A stretch of 64,000 bases of DNA from Gammaproteobacteria bacterium. Its GTDB lineage: Bacteria > Pseudomonadota > Gammaproteobacteria > Tenderiales > Tenderiaceae. Of the stretch, positions 17,534-28,892 are shown piece after piece. The stretch is taken from assembly GCA_016200485.1 (NCBI GenBank), contig JACQEP010000016.1:139067-203066 (forward strand), given 5' to 3'. Every line of letters starts with the position of its first letter. The first letter of the stretch is position 1. A program made the translations under genes and the position numbers. A model generated the notes under the pieces. That model saw only the letters and a list, made by a program, of their open reading frames with translations. It was not told where the DNA came from and ran no database searches.

Positions 17534-20500
17534 TCAACTGACGGCAGAATGTTCCAGCACCCGGGTTAACGCCTCATTAAGATCATTGGTCACCACCGGT
17601 TTGAGCATGTATTCTCGAATACCAATTTGCCTGGCCTCTTCCGGACCCACCCGCTGGCTATAACCGGTACACATAATCACTGGCAGCTCGGGCCGCATAT
17701 GCAGCAACTCCCGCGCCAGCATATCGCCCGTCATTTCCGGCATATTTTGATCGGTAATGACCAGATCAAAATCCTTGGGATTTTTTTTGAAAAGGGACAA
17801 TGCCTCACGCGGCTTATTGCAGACCGTGACATGATAGCCCAGGCGCTCAAGCATCCGCTGCATCACCGACGTCTGCAGCTCTTCATCATCGACAATGAGC
17901 AGTCTTTCTTTTCCGGCACGCATCGATTTCGCTTTCTCACTCGCCTTATCCATGGTCTTGGCCGTCACCCTCGGCAGATACACCTCAAAGCGGGAACCTT
18001 TCCCTGGTTCACTAGACACGGCAATCGTACCTTTGGCCGCCGTCACAATCCCATGCACTGCCGCCAACCCCATGCCAGAACCTTGCCCCACCGGCTTGGT
18101 GGTAAAGAAGGGATCAAAAATCCTGGACAACACGTTGGGAGAAATACCACTGCCATTATCCGCAATCAGCAAACGCACGTAATCGCCCGCAGCCAGGTCA
18201 TTGACCTCTTTTTCCTGCAACACAATTTCATCCAGCTGAATATTGATCACACCGGGTCGCTCGCCAATGGCATGACTGGCGTTCACGATCAAATTCATTG
18301 CCACTTGCTGAAACTGACCTGACTCCAACATGACTTCTGCTGCAGGCGCATTCAAACTCGCTTTAATTTCGATACTACTGGGGATCGCGGACCGCAGCAA
18401 AGCAATCACTTCTTGAGTAACCGTTTGCGGGATCACGTTAGTCATCTCTGCTTCGGCTTGGCGGCTAAATGCCAAAATACGTGCCACCAGATTTTTAGCC
18501 CTGTTCGCCGCTGTAATTATTTGCGTCAAATTCTGTTTGGCGACCCCATCGGCGGGCACTTCATCTCGCGTCAACTCCGCAAAGCCCAAAATAGCCGACA
18601 GAATATTGTTAAAATCATGCGCAATTCCACCCGCCAGGGTGCCTATGGCCTCCAACTTCTGCGTTTGGCGCTCACGCTGCTCTTCAACCGCCTCACCGGT
18701 AACATCGCGCACACCGACGATGTAATTTACTATATTGCCCGCATGATCCTTCACTGGTGAGATAGACAATTCCTCACTGTACTCCGACCCACCGCGGCGT
18801 TTTACCTGACGCCGATATTTAAATCGCTCATCTTCACCATAGCTTCTCGCTGCCCCCTGCGCCATCCCCGTTAAGTCAACACCAAACATCGACTCAACGT
18901 CATTGCCAATCACAGCCGCAGGAGTTCGGCCCGAAATTGCATAATAGGCAGGATTGGCATATTCCACACCGCCGATGGTATCCAAGATCAAAACCCCATC
19001 CAATGACTGATCGATCGCCATCACCAGCATGCGTGCTCGCAGCTCAGAATTCTTGCGCGCTGTGACATCCGAAAACACCCCACGATAGCTGACCAGTCCG
19101 TCATCATCATCGAAAACGGGTACCATATTGCACATCAGGCAAATATCTTTATTGCGCCTGCCAACCACCCAGAATTCTTCGTTAAGCAACTTCGATCGAT
19201 TCAACCCTGCGCCCTGGAACAATTTTCTGACTCGCGTCTCGTCATCCGGAACAATCATTTCCAACATCGATTTTCCAATCAGCTCGTTTGCATCATAACC
19301 CAGAATATCCGCCACCTTATCCGAGCAATATATAAATTTGAGGCTGGAATCAAACTCCCAAACCGCGTTCGACACACTATCCACAATCGACCGCAGGCGC
19401 TCCTCTGATTCCATACGCTCCAGCTCTGCCGCTGCGCGCATCGCGCAAATCTGCAACATGGACTCGGCGACCTCTACGCTTGGGGTCGCACTATGACTCC
19501 ACATCGAAATCATGCCAACAACCACGCCATCGACACGAACTATCGGCGTAGTCACATGAGATCTCACCTTAATGACAACCACCGGCTCACCCATCGGCCT
19601 TGGCAGCACCACGTCAAGACCCTGCTCACTCACCGCCACATTTCGTGCCAGACTATGCGCGCCCCCGGTAACGCCGTGGGTAAAATTATCGCCAATGCTT
19701 CCTTCGTTCCACACGGCAAGACTGCGCAATTTATCTCCTTTTGTGGATAACCGCGAAATAGCCACATAATCCATCTCCAGCCCCATCGCCAGCTGCCGTG
19801 CAAGCTCCGCAAAGAAATTTGAACCTTTACCCGCGGGAACGATTTTCGCAATTGCCCGCAACCCCGCCTCAACTCGCCCTCGCTTGTCCTGCTCCAATTT
19901 CAGAGAAATAGAATCCGCCATCGAAGTCGCAAAATTTTGTTCGTCCAGGGCCCAGCCGTATGATGCACCCGATTGCTCACATACAACCATACCTGCAACA
20001 TGCCCCGCCATCCTGATCGCGGAAATCAATACACTACTTGTCTCTTCGTGCAACAATCCATTTTTCTTTATCGCAGCACCCCGTTCATCCTTATCAAGAT
20101 CCACAATCGCCAACACACCACCACGATCCAAGCAATCAATCGCGCCCTTGACGTCATCTAGAAATACATCCTCACGGCTATTATGCTGATGGCCAACATG
20201 ATCGTACGAATCCATGCATGTATAGCCAATCCCCTTGCCATTTGCGATCCACACGCCTACTCGCGATACTTGCAGCGCGGCCGCAGCACCCTCGCTGTAA
20301 TATTTAATCACGCTTGCAAGTGATGTTGAATCAGAAATCTCGATTTTTGCCAAATCACGCAATACCCGATTTTGCCGGCCCAGCCGTTGCTCGGCTGTTT
20401 GTAATGCCTTCTCGTATTCTTTACGTGCCGTAATATCCGTTCTTATCGCAATATATTGCGTATTTTCACCACGTTCATTCTTATATGGCACAATGGTCGA

Positions 20501-21415
20501 ATAGACCCAATAAAGCTGCCCGCCTTTTGCGCGATTCAATACCTGACCATTCCATACTTCACCCTTCGATAGGGTGCGCCACATATGGGCAAAGAACTCT
20601 TTGGGATGATAACCAGAGTTAATTATTCGATGCGTATTTCCCAGTAGCTCTTCACGGCTATACCCACTAATTTCACAAAATTTGTCGTTGACATGGGTAA
20701 TTACCCCGTTCACATCGGTAACGGCCACGATTGAATGCTGATCCAAGGCATATTTCTGCGCTTCCGCCGCACGCAGAACTTCTTCCAGCTGCCTTGCATT
20801 CTGATTATCGTATTGCTGGTATTTTCGCATCGTCCACAGCAACATACCCAGTATCATCACGAACCCTGTCACTGTGACTATTAATGCACTTTCCAGCCGA
20901 TCATGCGTGGCCTCCGCTACTGCATCGACATCATCGGAAACGTGCGCGGCACGCGCTACCAGAATTTCCGAGATATCGCGCAAATCCTTGGCGATCTTAC
21001 TCTGCAGATTCGCGTCACCAGCCGCCTTCTTATATTCCGAGACCAGCGAAGGCAGCTGCATCAGCTCATTTGAATACAACACCAACTCCAGCCGTATATG
21101 CTCCTCCTTGACCGGATCAATCTCGCGGCCATGATATTGCCCCCCCGACACCAGCAAGGTAATGACACGGATGGCCTCATCGGTTTCTGCACGTGCCGAT
21201 TCTAATTTATCTGAAGCCCGTTCCTTGGCAAGAACAGCATCCCCCAGGATCTCCCGGACATTGATTACTTTCAGATAAAACTCTCTGCCGATCCTGATGA
21301 CATCTTCATTGTCTTTGTCCTGCTCCAGAAAATTTAAGGCCGCCACGATGAAGCCCAGCATCAAGGCCACGGCCACCCCCAGCAGGTAATTTGTTTTAAC
21401 GATCCCTTGATTCAT
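17534..21415 (-). CDS. multi-sensor hybrid histidine kinase/response regulator (TM, PAS and GAF domains, HisKA-HATPase, C-terminal receiver)
   Basis: 1293 aa. H-box LEAIGTLAGGIAHDFNN, G-boxes, and a C-terminal REC domain (LLIVDDEEL...DLVITDQNMPEMTG). Confidence 0.8.
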   Translation of the reverse strand: MNQGIVKTNYLLGVAVALMLGFIVAALNFLEQDKDNEDVIRIGREFYLKVINVREILGDAVLAKERASDKLESARAETDEAIRVITLLVSGGQYHGREIDPVKEEHIRLELVLYSNELMQLPSLVSEYKKAAGDANLQSKIAKDLRDISEILVARAAHVSDDVDAVAEATHDRLESALIVTVTGFVMILGMLLWTMRKYQQYDNQNARQLEEVLRAAEAQKYALDQHSIVAVTDVNGVITHVNDKFCEISGYSREELLGNTHRIINSGYHPKEFFAHMWRTLSKGEVWNGQVLNRAKGGQLYWVYSTIVPYKNERGENTQYIAIRTDITARKEYEKALQTAEQRLGRQNRVLRDLAKIEISDSTSLASVIKYYSEGAAAALQVSRVGVWIANGKGIGYTCMDSYDHVGHQHNSREDVFLDDVKGAIDCLDRGGVLAIVDLDKDERGAAIKKNGLLHEETSSVLISAIRMAGHVAGMVVCEQSGASYGWALDEQNFATSMADSISLKLEQDKRGRVEAGLRAIAKIVPAGKGSNFFAELARQLAMGLEMDYVAISRLSTKGDKLRSLAVWNEGSIGDNFTHGVTGGAHSLARNVAVSEQGLDVVLPRPMGEPVVVIKVRSHVTTPIVRVDGVVVGMISMWSHSATPSVEVAESMLQICAMRAAAELERMESEERLRSIVDSVSNAVWEFDSSLKFIYCSDKVADILGYDANELIGKSMLEMIVPDDETRVRKLFQGAGLNRSKLLNEEFWVVGRRNKDICLMCNMVPVFDDDDGLVSYRGVFSDVTARKNSELRARMLVMAIDQSLDGVLILDTIGGVEYANPAYYAISGRTPAAVIGNDVESMFGVDLTGMAQGAARSYGEDERFKYRRQVKRRGGSEYSEELSISPVKDHAGNIVNYIVGVRDVTGEAVEEQRERQTQKLEAIGTLAGGIAHDFNNILSAILGFAELTRDEVPADGVAKQNLTQIITAANRAKNLVARILAFSRQAEAEMTNVIPQTVTQEVIALLRSAIPSSIEIKASLNAPAAEVMLESGQFQQVAMNLIVNASHAIGERPGVINIQLDEIVLQEKEVNDLAAGDYVRLLIADNGSGISPNVLSRIFDPFFTTKPVGQGSGMGLAAVHGIVTAAKGTIAVSSEPGKGSRFEVYLPRVTAKTMDKASEKAKSMRAGKERLLIVDDEELQTSVMQRMLERLGYHVTVCNKPREALSLFKKNPKDFDLVITDQNMPEMTGDMLARELLHMRPELPVIMCTGYSQRVGPEEARQIGIREYMLKPVVTNDLNEALTRVLEHSAVS

Positions 21416-21699
21416 AATGCGATGTTTTATGTCCGGATTTTTGATGTCTCCTTATTTTTACGGTCTAAATTCATTAAACTTAAGCTGAACCGGCTTTTTT
21501 TGGGCATCCCTTTGAATTCAAAAAATTTTTAACCTATTGATATAAATATATTTTTATCTAAAAATTTATATGTTGCCCCTTTTTGCTCAATTATTATGTT
21601 TAAGCTCGATTTATAATCTCTACGTCCGGCGGCCCGAGGTGCAGCCCCTGCCCCCGCTCTCGCGTATAATCACCCTCTTTACTTTAGCGGATAAGCCTC

Positions 21700-22500
21700 G
21701 TGCGCAGAAACAAGCCCCAAACCCCGTCTCGCCATCCACGTAGCCCCACACCTATCCGCCGTGAAGTTAAATACTATGGCCAGGCGGCGTGTTGGGCGCT
21801 CTGGCAAAACCGTGCCCGCGATATCATTCGCATTTATGTCACTGACGAGACCATGGGCTTATTTGGACCCGCGTTGAAGTGGGTCGCCGCCCAGCGCAAG
21901 GCCTATCACATCGTGACCAATGACGATATCGAACGCTTGACCGAATCGATTCATCATCAAGGCGTATGCATTCTTGCCTACGAAGCCAGCGCCTTGGATT
22001 TCTCCGATTTAGTCAAGTTCATCAAGGCCGACGGACGGGCGCAGATGATCGTTTATCTGGATGGGGTTGAGAATCCTCATAATCTGGGCGCCATTATTCG
22101 CACCTGTGCCCACTTTGGCATTCGTTTCATTGTCGGTCCGGAAAAGGCGCTGCCACGTTTATCGTCCTCTGCCTGCCGCGTCGCCGAAGGTGGTGCGGAA
22201 AAGGTTGCACTCTGTTATTTGCAGAACCCAGCCAAGCAACTTAAAGAATTTCAGCAACTCGAATTTAAACTCTGCGCGACAGCCGTTGGCAAGGGAAAAT
22301 CGCTTTATCGCCATCATTTCCCTGGCCGGACATTGCTTATATTGGGTGCCGAGGGGGAAGGTGTTTCGCGCGCTACGCTTGCCAGCGCTGAAACCACGTT
22401 ATGCATTCCAGGCAGCGGTGACGTTGAAAGTTTAAACGTTTCGGTCGCCTTTGGTGTGATTGCAGGCGAGTTTTATCGTCAGCAACATCTTGGCGAATAA
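21700..22500 (+). CDS. TrmH/SpoU-family RNA 2'-O-methyltransferase
   Basis: GTG start. LDGVENPHNLGAIIRTCAHFG...LILGAEGEGVS...ESLNVSVAFGV are SPOUT motifs. Confidence 0.7.
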   Translation: MRRNKPQTPSRHPRSPTPIRREVKYYGQAACWALWQNRARDIIRIYVTDETMGLFGPALKWVAAQRKAYHIVTNDDIERLTESIHHQGVCILAYEASALDFSDLVKFIKADGRAQMIVYLDGVENPHNLGAIIRTCAHFGIRFIVGPEKALPRLSSSACRVAEGGAEKVALCYLQNPAKQLKEFQQLEFKLCATAVGKGKSLYRHHFPGRTLLILGAEGEGVSRATLASAETTLCIPGSGDVESLNVSVAFGVIAGEFYRQQHLGE

Positions 22501-24639
22501 TCAGCGCGCCAGCGAGGGACGTGCCCGTAATGTCGCCGCCTGCGCCTTTTTACTGAACACTATAGCCATCGGCGATTCCACCACCGGCCATTGCCCCTTG
22601 GCGATATTCGTTGGCTCGGCACCATTAAATACCAGAAAACTATATTTACCATAGTGCGGCAACTTGCGCGCCAATCCCGGCACTGCCGCCGCCTGACGTG
22701 TCGCCAACCAGGCGATCGCGTGCGTTGAGTTCGCCTTTGCCCTGGTCGTCAACACGATGCTGTGATCATTCAGATCATATGTGCCTTCAGTCATGGTCAG
22801 CGAATTGCCTTGAGTGATCACCCCCTGCCCTGACAATAACTCGTGCATTTGTGTGGCGAAACGATTCTCCGTCCCCAACAGCCATACCGCCCGATCGCGG
22901 GGCAAGGTGTTAATTTCGTTATCGCGACGTACCTGGATTTCAGAATTTTCCTGGCGCCAGACATCAATCAACGATTGAAACGCCGTCATCATTTCCGGGC
23001 TGGCCTTTGCTGGCAGCAGCACCAATATTTTCTCGGCACCGAATATCTGAGACAGGGCTGCCGGGATTTCAGCGCGACTCACGCGCCGAAAGACATCAAA
23101 CTCCGGATCAACATCCAGCCGCAGCGGCTCGGCTGGCAGATCAAGTGCGAACGATATGATTTTAGTTTTCATCTCGATCACGGATTGCCATGCCTGCGCC
23201 TGCCCGGCCAAGGTAACCGCCACCGGCACCTGTAATGCAAATGCTTCGTCTTTTTGAGTTTGCTGCAGCTCACCCTGAATGCGCCACCTTGTGCCATGTC
23301 GCTGTCGTATCACCTTGCTCAACGCCAGCGCCGGCGCCCCACTACGCATTGTCCATTGCCTGAAGAATTCTGCCTGCTGTTTACCGCTTACCTCGGAAAA
23401 AATCTGTGCGAGATCGCTAAAGCTTGCCGCCTTGAATTGATAACGCCGGTAAAGTTGGCGCAACCCTTCAATAAAGACATCATCCCCAAGCTGTTGGCGC
23501 AGCATATGAAATAGCATTTGCGATTTGCCATACCCCACGGCTTCACTGCTGGAGCCATGGCGCGCGGTAAAAGCTGTCAGCGGAAAATCTTTATTAGTTG
23601 AGACATAGTCAGAATAACCCTGGAGAATATCGCGCCGGTAATTAGTCGCATTACCATTCTGTTCTCTAATGAGATGATCGGCGAGATAGGAGGTCAACCC
23701 TTCCGACCAGTTGCCTTGCCGGTAATCAACGTAAACGCCGTTACCCCACCAGTTATGCAAAATCTCATGCGGATATGAGGTATGCAAAATAAACGGCATT
23801 CGAATCACCTTCGGCCCCAACAAAGTGAATGACGGCATGCCGTAACCTGTCTCCCAGAAATTCTCCACCACGGCAAACTTGGCATAGGGATACGGGCCGA
23901 TCAATTTACTGTACATCTCTATGTACTGCGCTGTGATGTCCAGATATTTTTTGGCCAGTGATTCATCGTTCTGGCGTAGAAATACCATTGCCTCAACATC
24001 GCTCGCTGATTTGTTGAATTCAAAGAATGGAGCGGCAATGAGATATATATCATCCTGGGGATTGGATTCACGCCAAGTAACCTGCTGTTGCCCGTCGGCA
24101 GTTGTCACTTGCTCACGACGCCCCTGACTGACCACTGTCCATGCTGATGGCACAGAAGCTTGTAGCTTAAAAGATACCAGCGCACCTTCGACAAGGGGAT
24201 ACCAACCCGCATTGGCAGCAAGAAATACTCCATCAGCAGATATCAATCCGGCAGGCTCTTCTTGATCCGAACCGGCAAGGCTTTCGATTTGGCCGCTATA
24301 TTTAAGCGTTACTTCTTTGTTTGCGGCGGGAATTGATATTTTGTATTTGCGTAATGCGAGCGCGCCATGTACATGCTTAATGTCCAACGGCTGAATATTA
24401 AACTCAGACTCAAGTTTCAGCGCGGCATTCAAATAGAACTCGATCTCAACCTTGTCCTTAGACTCTTGCGGCAGGTGAATCGTGTCCACAACGCTAATCG
24501 CATGCGATTCTGGAGCAAAGATTACTTTAAGATCGTGAGCAAAAGGTCGTGGCCAATTATCGGTAGCATAAGATACTTCAGTGGCAAGGGCGACGATTAA
24601 TGCCGTAATCAATATTCGCATTTCGCCCCCCCCTGTCAA
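22501..24639 (-). CDS. M1-family zinc metallopeptidase (aminopeptidase N-like), secreted
   Basis: 712 aa, signal peptide, HEILHNWWG...NWSEGLTSY gives HExxH plus a distal Glu. Confidence 0.75.
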   Translation of the reverse strand: MTGGGEMRILITALIVALATEVSYATDNWPRPFAHDLKVIFAPESHAISVVDTIHLPQESKDKVEIEFYLNAALKLESEFNIQPLDIKHVHGALALRKYKISIPAANKEVTLKYSGQIESLAGSDQEEPAGLISADGVFLAANAGWYPLVEGALVSFKLQASVPSAWTVVSQGRREQVTTADGQQQVTWRESNPQDDIYLIAAPFFEFNKSASDVEAMVFLRQNDESLAKKYLDITAQYIEMYSKLIGPYPYAKFAVVENFWETGYGMPSFTLLGPKVIRMPFILHTSYPHEILHNWWGNGVYVDYRQGNWSEGLTSYLADHLIREQNGNATNYRRDILQGYSDYVSTNKDFPLTAFTARHGSSSEAVGYGKSQMLFHMLRQQLGDDVFIEGLRQLYRRYQFKAASFSDLAQIFSEVSGKQQAEFFRQWTMRSGAPALALSKVIRQRHGTRWRIQGELQQTQKDEAFALQVPVAVTLAGQAQAWQSVIEMKTKIISFALDLPAEPLRLDVDPEFDVFRRVSRAEIPAALSQIFGAEKILVLLPAKASPEMMTAFQSLIDVWRQENSEIQVRRDNEINTLPRDRAVWLLGTENRFATQMHELLSGQGVITQGNSLTMTEGTYDLNDHSIVLTTRAKANSTHAIAWLATRQAAAVPGLARKLPHYGKYSFLVFNGAEPTNIAKGQWPVVESPMAIVFSKKAQAATLRARPSLAR

Positions 24640-24654
24640 AACGCTTGTTGTCGT

Positions 24655-26727
24655 TTAGTCGAGCTGTACTTTCAATGACAAAAAGGCTGAGCGCGGATTT
24701 AGATTGCGGTAGGCGAACCGATTAGGGTCAAAATAACGATTGGGATCGGCTCCACTGCGGAGCAGTTCCATTTCCTCGTATGGCCCGAATATATTTCGCA
24801 TTGCCAGCGTCAGCTCAGTTTCATGTCCGAACATCCTGGTTGCTTGGCCAAGGGTTAGATCAAGTCGTTGCACCGGATCCCTGACGTCCGTAGACTCCCA
24901 TCCCTGCAGCTTATCGGTGAAGTAGAAGCCAGCGCTTGCTTTCCACTCGTGATTCAAATGATGCATCAACAATAGACTTAGATTATGTTGCGGTGCAGCA
25001 GCATTATAATCCGCCTTCGGGCCCGAAAAATATATCACCGTATGGTCAACATCTGCGTAGGCGTAGCCAAGATGTAATGAATTGTTTTCAGATAATTTGG
25101 TTCTAAATTCAATTTCAAGGCCATTTATGTAAAATGCATCAAGATTCTCATAACGTTCAACTTCATGATCGACGTTATCCGCCGGATAGGGACGAGATAT
25201 AAGTCGAATTAAATCGCGCACCCTTTCTTGATACAGCTTAATGTCAAAATTTGCGTCCCCAGATGCGCCGTTATAGCCAAGCTCGTAAGCGGTAATGTGT
25301 TCCGGTCTTGTTTGCTGCGTCCCCACCCAGCTCACACTGTTCAGAACCGGACCAGCTCCATGATTAGTCGTAGCATGAATGCCATACTCAGCGGCGTACT
25401 CAAACATCGAAGGTGTTCTGATGGCCTGTGAAGCCGTGAAACGCAGGCTATGCCCTGGCGCCACGGTATAAATCATACCGGCGCGAGGAGAAAAATGTGT
25501 GCCGGTGGTGCTGTAATCTTCAGCAAACAACCCTGCATTGACGCTTAGCGGCCCTTTAACATCCCATTCCGCACTCACAAACGCATCTTTGAGGAAATTA
25601 TCCAGCTCCTTTCCTTTCAGCAAATTTTCCGCGCCCCAGACACGATCCTCTCGTATCCCGCCACCCCATACCAACTGAAAATCAGGTGTCAGGCGCACAT
25701 TTTGTTGCAGTTCGAGATCAAAACGCTGGGTTTTGCGACCAAAGTCTACCAGTGTCTGGTCAACCGTAAATGGCCCTACCGAGAATCCACCAATAGTATA
25801 AGTTTCGTTGTTTCGTTGATAAATGTGATACAGCTGAATCGACAAACTGTTGTCGGCTGCCAATTTCCTTTCCCAACGCAGTTGCTGGTGGTGAGTCAAT
25901 AATTGTTTTTCACGGGGCACATTCAATACGCTGGAATAACTATTGATAACACCCCGTACGCCATCACTTACTCCTAGATCGACCATAATCGCGTCATTGG
26001 CATCAATCGCATAATCACCACGAAAGCCAGCGATTTGTGTTCTTTTGTAATCCCTTCTGACAGGCAAGCCATCGTCGTGGATATAGGCTGCGTTGACGCG
26101 ATAGTCCAGCTTGCCAAGACTGCTGCCGTGCCGGACAAACCCCTCGCGCACACCCTCATCACCTGCGTTCAGCTTGACCGAAGTTCCCCGATCCAGCTGT
26201 GCATGGCGGGTAGTAATACTGATGACGCCGAAGAAAGAATTGGCACCGTAGCTTGCCGAATTGGGGCCACGGACTACTTCAATTTTAACAATATCGTCGA
26301 TCGTGATCGGCAGTTCTGCCCACGGCACTCCGCCGACCGCTGTGACATAGACAGATCTGCCATCGATCAGCACCTGCATGCGGCGCGCATACCGATCCAA
26401 CGCCATGTGGTAACTGACAGAAGGCGTGTGGCCGTCGAAATAACCCACCTGAAACCCCGGTACCAGACGGAATAATTCCGGGATTTCACGCGCGCCACTG
26501 GCCTCGATCATGTCGTGATCAATAATGGTAACCGCAACCGGTGAATTGGTGACAGGCTGCACCAGACGTGTCACTGAGCTAACAACAGGTACATCACCGA
26601 GATACATTTCCTCAGTTGCGGGAGGTATCTCGGTCGCTTCGGCGCCCATCGCCGCCATCGAAAACAAGCTTATCCCCGACACTAATATACAGCGACCCCA
26701 TTCGCGTTCAAGCAACGCCACCGGCAT
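24655..26727 (-). CDS. TonB-dependent outer-membrane receptor
   Basis: 690 aa, signal peptide, plug region, beta-barrel-like periodicity. Adjacent to the M1 peptidase. Confidence 0.65.
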   Translation of the reverse strand: MPVALLEREWGRCILVSGISLFSMAAMGAEATEIPPATEEMYLGDVPVVSSVTRLVQPVTNSPVAVTIIDHDMIEASGAREIPELFRLVPGFQVGYFDGHTPSVSYHMALDRYARRMQVLIDGRSVYVTAVGGVPWAELPITIDDIVKIEVVRGPNSASYGANSFFGVISITTRHAQLDRGTSVKLNAGDEGVREGFVRHGSSLGKLDYRVNAAYIHDDGLPVRRDYKRTQIAGFRGDYAIDANDAIMVDLGVSDGVRGVINSYSSVLNVPREKQLLTHHQQLRWERKLAADNSLSIQLYHIYQRNNETYTIGGFSVGPFTVDQTLVDFGRKTQRFDLELQQNVRLTPDFQLVWGGGIREDRVWGAENLLKGKELDNFLKDAFVSAEWDVKGPLSVNAGLFAEDYSTTGTHFSPRAGMIYTVAPGHSLRFTASQAIRTPSMFEYAAEYGIHATTNHGAGPVLNSVSWVGTQQTRPEHITAYELGYNGASGDANFDIKLYQERVRDLIRLISRPYPADNVDHEVERYENLDAFYINGLEIEFRTKLSENNSLHLGYAYADVDHTVIYFSGPKADYNAAAPQHNLSLLLMHHLNHEWKASAGFYFTDKLQGWESTDVRDPVQRLDLTLGQATRMFGHETELTLAMRNIFGPYEEMELLRSGADPNRYFDPNRFAYRNLNPRSAFLSLKVQLD

Positions 26728-26936
26728 TGGTGATCCCCTTATACTTTTCTTATCTTGATAATCGATCGTGGCCTGCCAACTCAGCTCACATAATAATAGA
26801 TTTATTAATGAATTAGAACGTTCAATAATGCCGATATCGATGCCTGGAGCGATTGCACTATTTTAATCATAGTAATCTTGCGCGCCTGATGTGCGCAAGA
26901 TTGGATGGATAGTACTTGAGAGAAATAAGAAGTTTA

Positions 26937-27803
26937 TTAAACCGCGATGCCGCGATCGCGCAATTCCTGTTTGGCCTCGAGGGCGAGCAAGGCCATTTCG
27001 AGTTCCCGCTCCCAATCATAGGGCTCGGCAAACTGCTCCGGAGCATAACGCTCTATGGCGTGGAAAGGTTCGTCCGCATAGATACGAACAATACGAGTTT
27101 CTTCGAGACTGGGGCTTAAATCCGGCCAGGCTTCGTGCAACATATTTTCTGGCCGCTGGATCGACCATTCATCAACGATCTTATAATTGGATGGCAACTG
27201 ATCGAAGGCCTCCGGCGTACCCGTCTGGCGTTGCTTGCTATATTCATTGACGTGTTCGGTATACACAAACACGATCAATTTTGGTTTGTGCTTGAGAATT
27301 TCAGGAGTGGAATTTATTCCCGAAGGCATCCACGCCGAGAACGCGACATCAAATTCAAAATCAACATCCTCCAGCGTACCAATGCATAGCTCATAAACAT
27401 CGGCATCATAAAATTCGGCGATCTGATTCGGCTTAGCATCCGGATCACGTAGGCCTATCACCTTCAATCCTTCACGCGCCAGCAAACTGCCAATGAACCC
27501 GTTACGCGCATGCACGTCCAGCACGATCGGCGCATTGGCAACGTGCTTGGCATAATAGGCAAACGCGCGGTTTTCTTCGCGCATCGGGTAATAATGCGCA
27601 ATTGTGGGGCCAAACTTCGCCGGATCGCGATCTGGATTGCTGAATATCAGATTATGCAGCGACAGATCTTTAATACGTTCAGCAAACGGCTTATTCACGT
27701 CCCAGGCCGCATGCTCCTTCTCCTGAAACGCGATCATACGGTTGAACATGGCCTCAGTGAAAGGCCCCATCTGTTTCAGTTTTTCAAAGCGTCTGTCCAT
27801 CAT
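26937..27803 (-). CDS. hypothetical protein with degenerate Rossmann/methyltransferase-like motif
   Basis: 288 aa. IVLDVHARNGFIGSLLAREGLKVIGLRD resembles MTase motif I but lacks the Gly-rich loop. Confidence 0.35.
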   Translation of the reverse strand: MMDRRFEKLKQMGPFTEAMFNRMIAFQEKEHAAWDVNKPFAERIKDLSLHNLIFSNPDRDPAKFGPTIAHYYPMREENRAFAYYAKHVANAPIVLDVHARNGFIGSLLAREGLKVIGLRDPDAKPNQIAEFYDADVYELCIGTLEDVDFEFDVAFSAWMPSGINSTPEILKHKPKLIVFVYTEHVNEYSKQRQTGTPEAFDQLPSNYKIVDEWSIQRPENMLHEAWPDLSPSLEETRIVRIYADEPFHAIERYAPEQFAEPYDWERELEMALLALEAKQELRDRGIAV

Positions 27804-27805
27804 AA

Positions 27806-28870
27806 TCAGCGATGATATTGCGCACTCAGTTCATGCACGGCATCAACAAAGGCGCGCGCGCGCTCCGGCTCCACATGTTGATGAATTCCATGTCCAAGAT
27901 TAAACACATGGCCATTACCCGGCCCAAAGCTGGCGAGGATCGCACCGACTTCGCGGTGAATGCGCTCAGGCGACGCATAAAGTACGCTCGGGTCCATGTT
28001 GCCTTGCAGCGCCACTTTATTGCCGACGCGTTTGCGCGCTTCGCCGATATCGATGGTCCAGTCGACCCCCAATGCGTCACAACCCGTCGCCGCCATATCT
28101 TCCAGCCAGGCGCCACCACCCTTGGTAAACAGAATCACCGGCACCTTACGGCCTTCGGCCTCACGTGTCAGACCATCGACAATCTGCGCCATGTAACGCA
28201 GCGAAAATTCTTTGTAGTCACGCGGCGTCAGCACGCCGCCCCAAGTGTCGAAAATCATCAATGCTTGTGCACCAGCGGCGACTTGAGCATTCAGATAACT
28301 GATCACACTGCGGGCCGTAACATCGAGCAACTGATGACACAAGGCGGGCTGGTCATACATCATGCCCTTGATCTTGGCGAATTCCTTGGTGCCACTGCCT
28401 TCGACCATATAGGTCGCCAAGGTCCACGGGCTGCCGGAAAAACCGATCAGCGGCACGCGGCCATTCAATTCCCGGCGAATAGTACGCACGGCATCCATCA
28501 CATACTTCAATTCCCCTTCTGGATCAGGCACGCCAATGCGCTGCACATCGGCAGCGGTGCGTACCGGCTTGTCAAAACGCGGGCCTTCGCCGGTTTCAAA
28601 ATGCAGCCCCAAGCCCATCGCATCGGGAATGGTGAGAATGTCGGAGAACAGAATCGCGGCATCCAGCGCGAAGCGATCCAGCGGCTGAATTGTCACTTCA
28701 CAGGCCAGCTCCGGCGACTTGCACAGATCCATGAAGCTGCCCGCCTTTTCGCGCGTGGCACGATATTCAGGCAGATAACGGCCGGCCTGACGCATCATCC
28801 ACACTGGCGTGACATCGACGGGCTGGCGCATCAGTGCGCGGAGGAAACGATCGTTTTTCAATTCTGTCAT
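27806..28870 (-). CDS. hemE: uroporphyrinogen decarboxylase
   Basis: 354 aa, [16 protein letters not shown]... resembles HemE. Confidence 0.9.
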   Translation of the reverse strand: MTELKNDRFLRALMRQPVDVTPVWMMRQAGRYLPEYRATREKAGSFMDLCKSPELACEVTIQPLDRFALDAAILFSDILTIPDAMGLGLHFETGEGPRFDKPVRTAADVQRIGVPDPEGELKYVMDAVRTIRRELNGRVPLIGFSGSPWTLATYMVEGSGTKEFAKIKGMMYDQPALCHQLLDVTARSVISYLNAQVAAGAQALMIFDTWGGVLTPRDYKEFSLRYMAQIVDGLTREAEGRKVPVILFTKGGGAWLEDMAATGCDALGVDWTIDIGEARKRVGNKVALQGNMDPSVLYASPERIHREVGAILASFGPGNGHVFNLGHGIHQHVEPERARAFVDAVHELSAQYHR

Positions 28871-28892
28871 GCAATAAATCTCTCAACGCAGA

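Noticed and set aside
17627-21134. Multiple 60-230-aa ORFs on the plus strand within the sensor kinase gene
   Set aside because: They are antisense to a 1293-aa gene with clear HK and REC motifs and have His/Arg-rich compositions.
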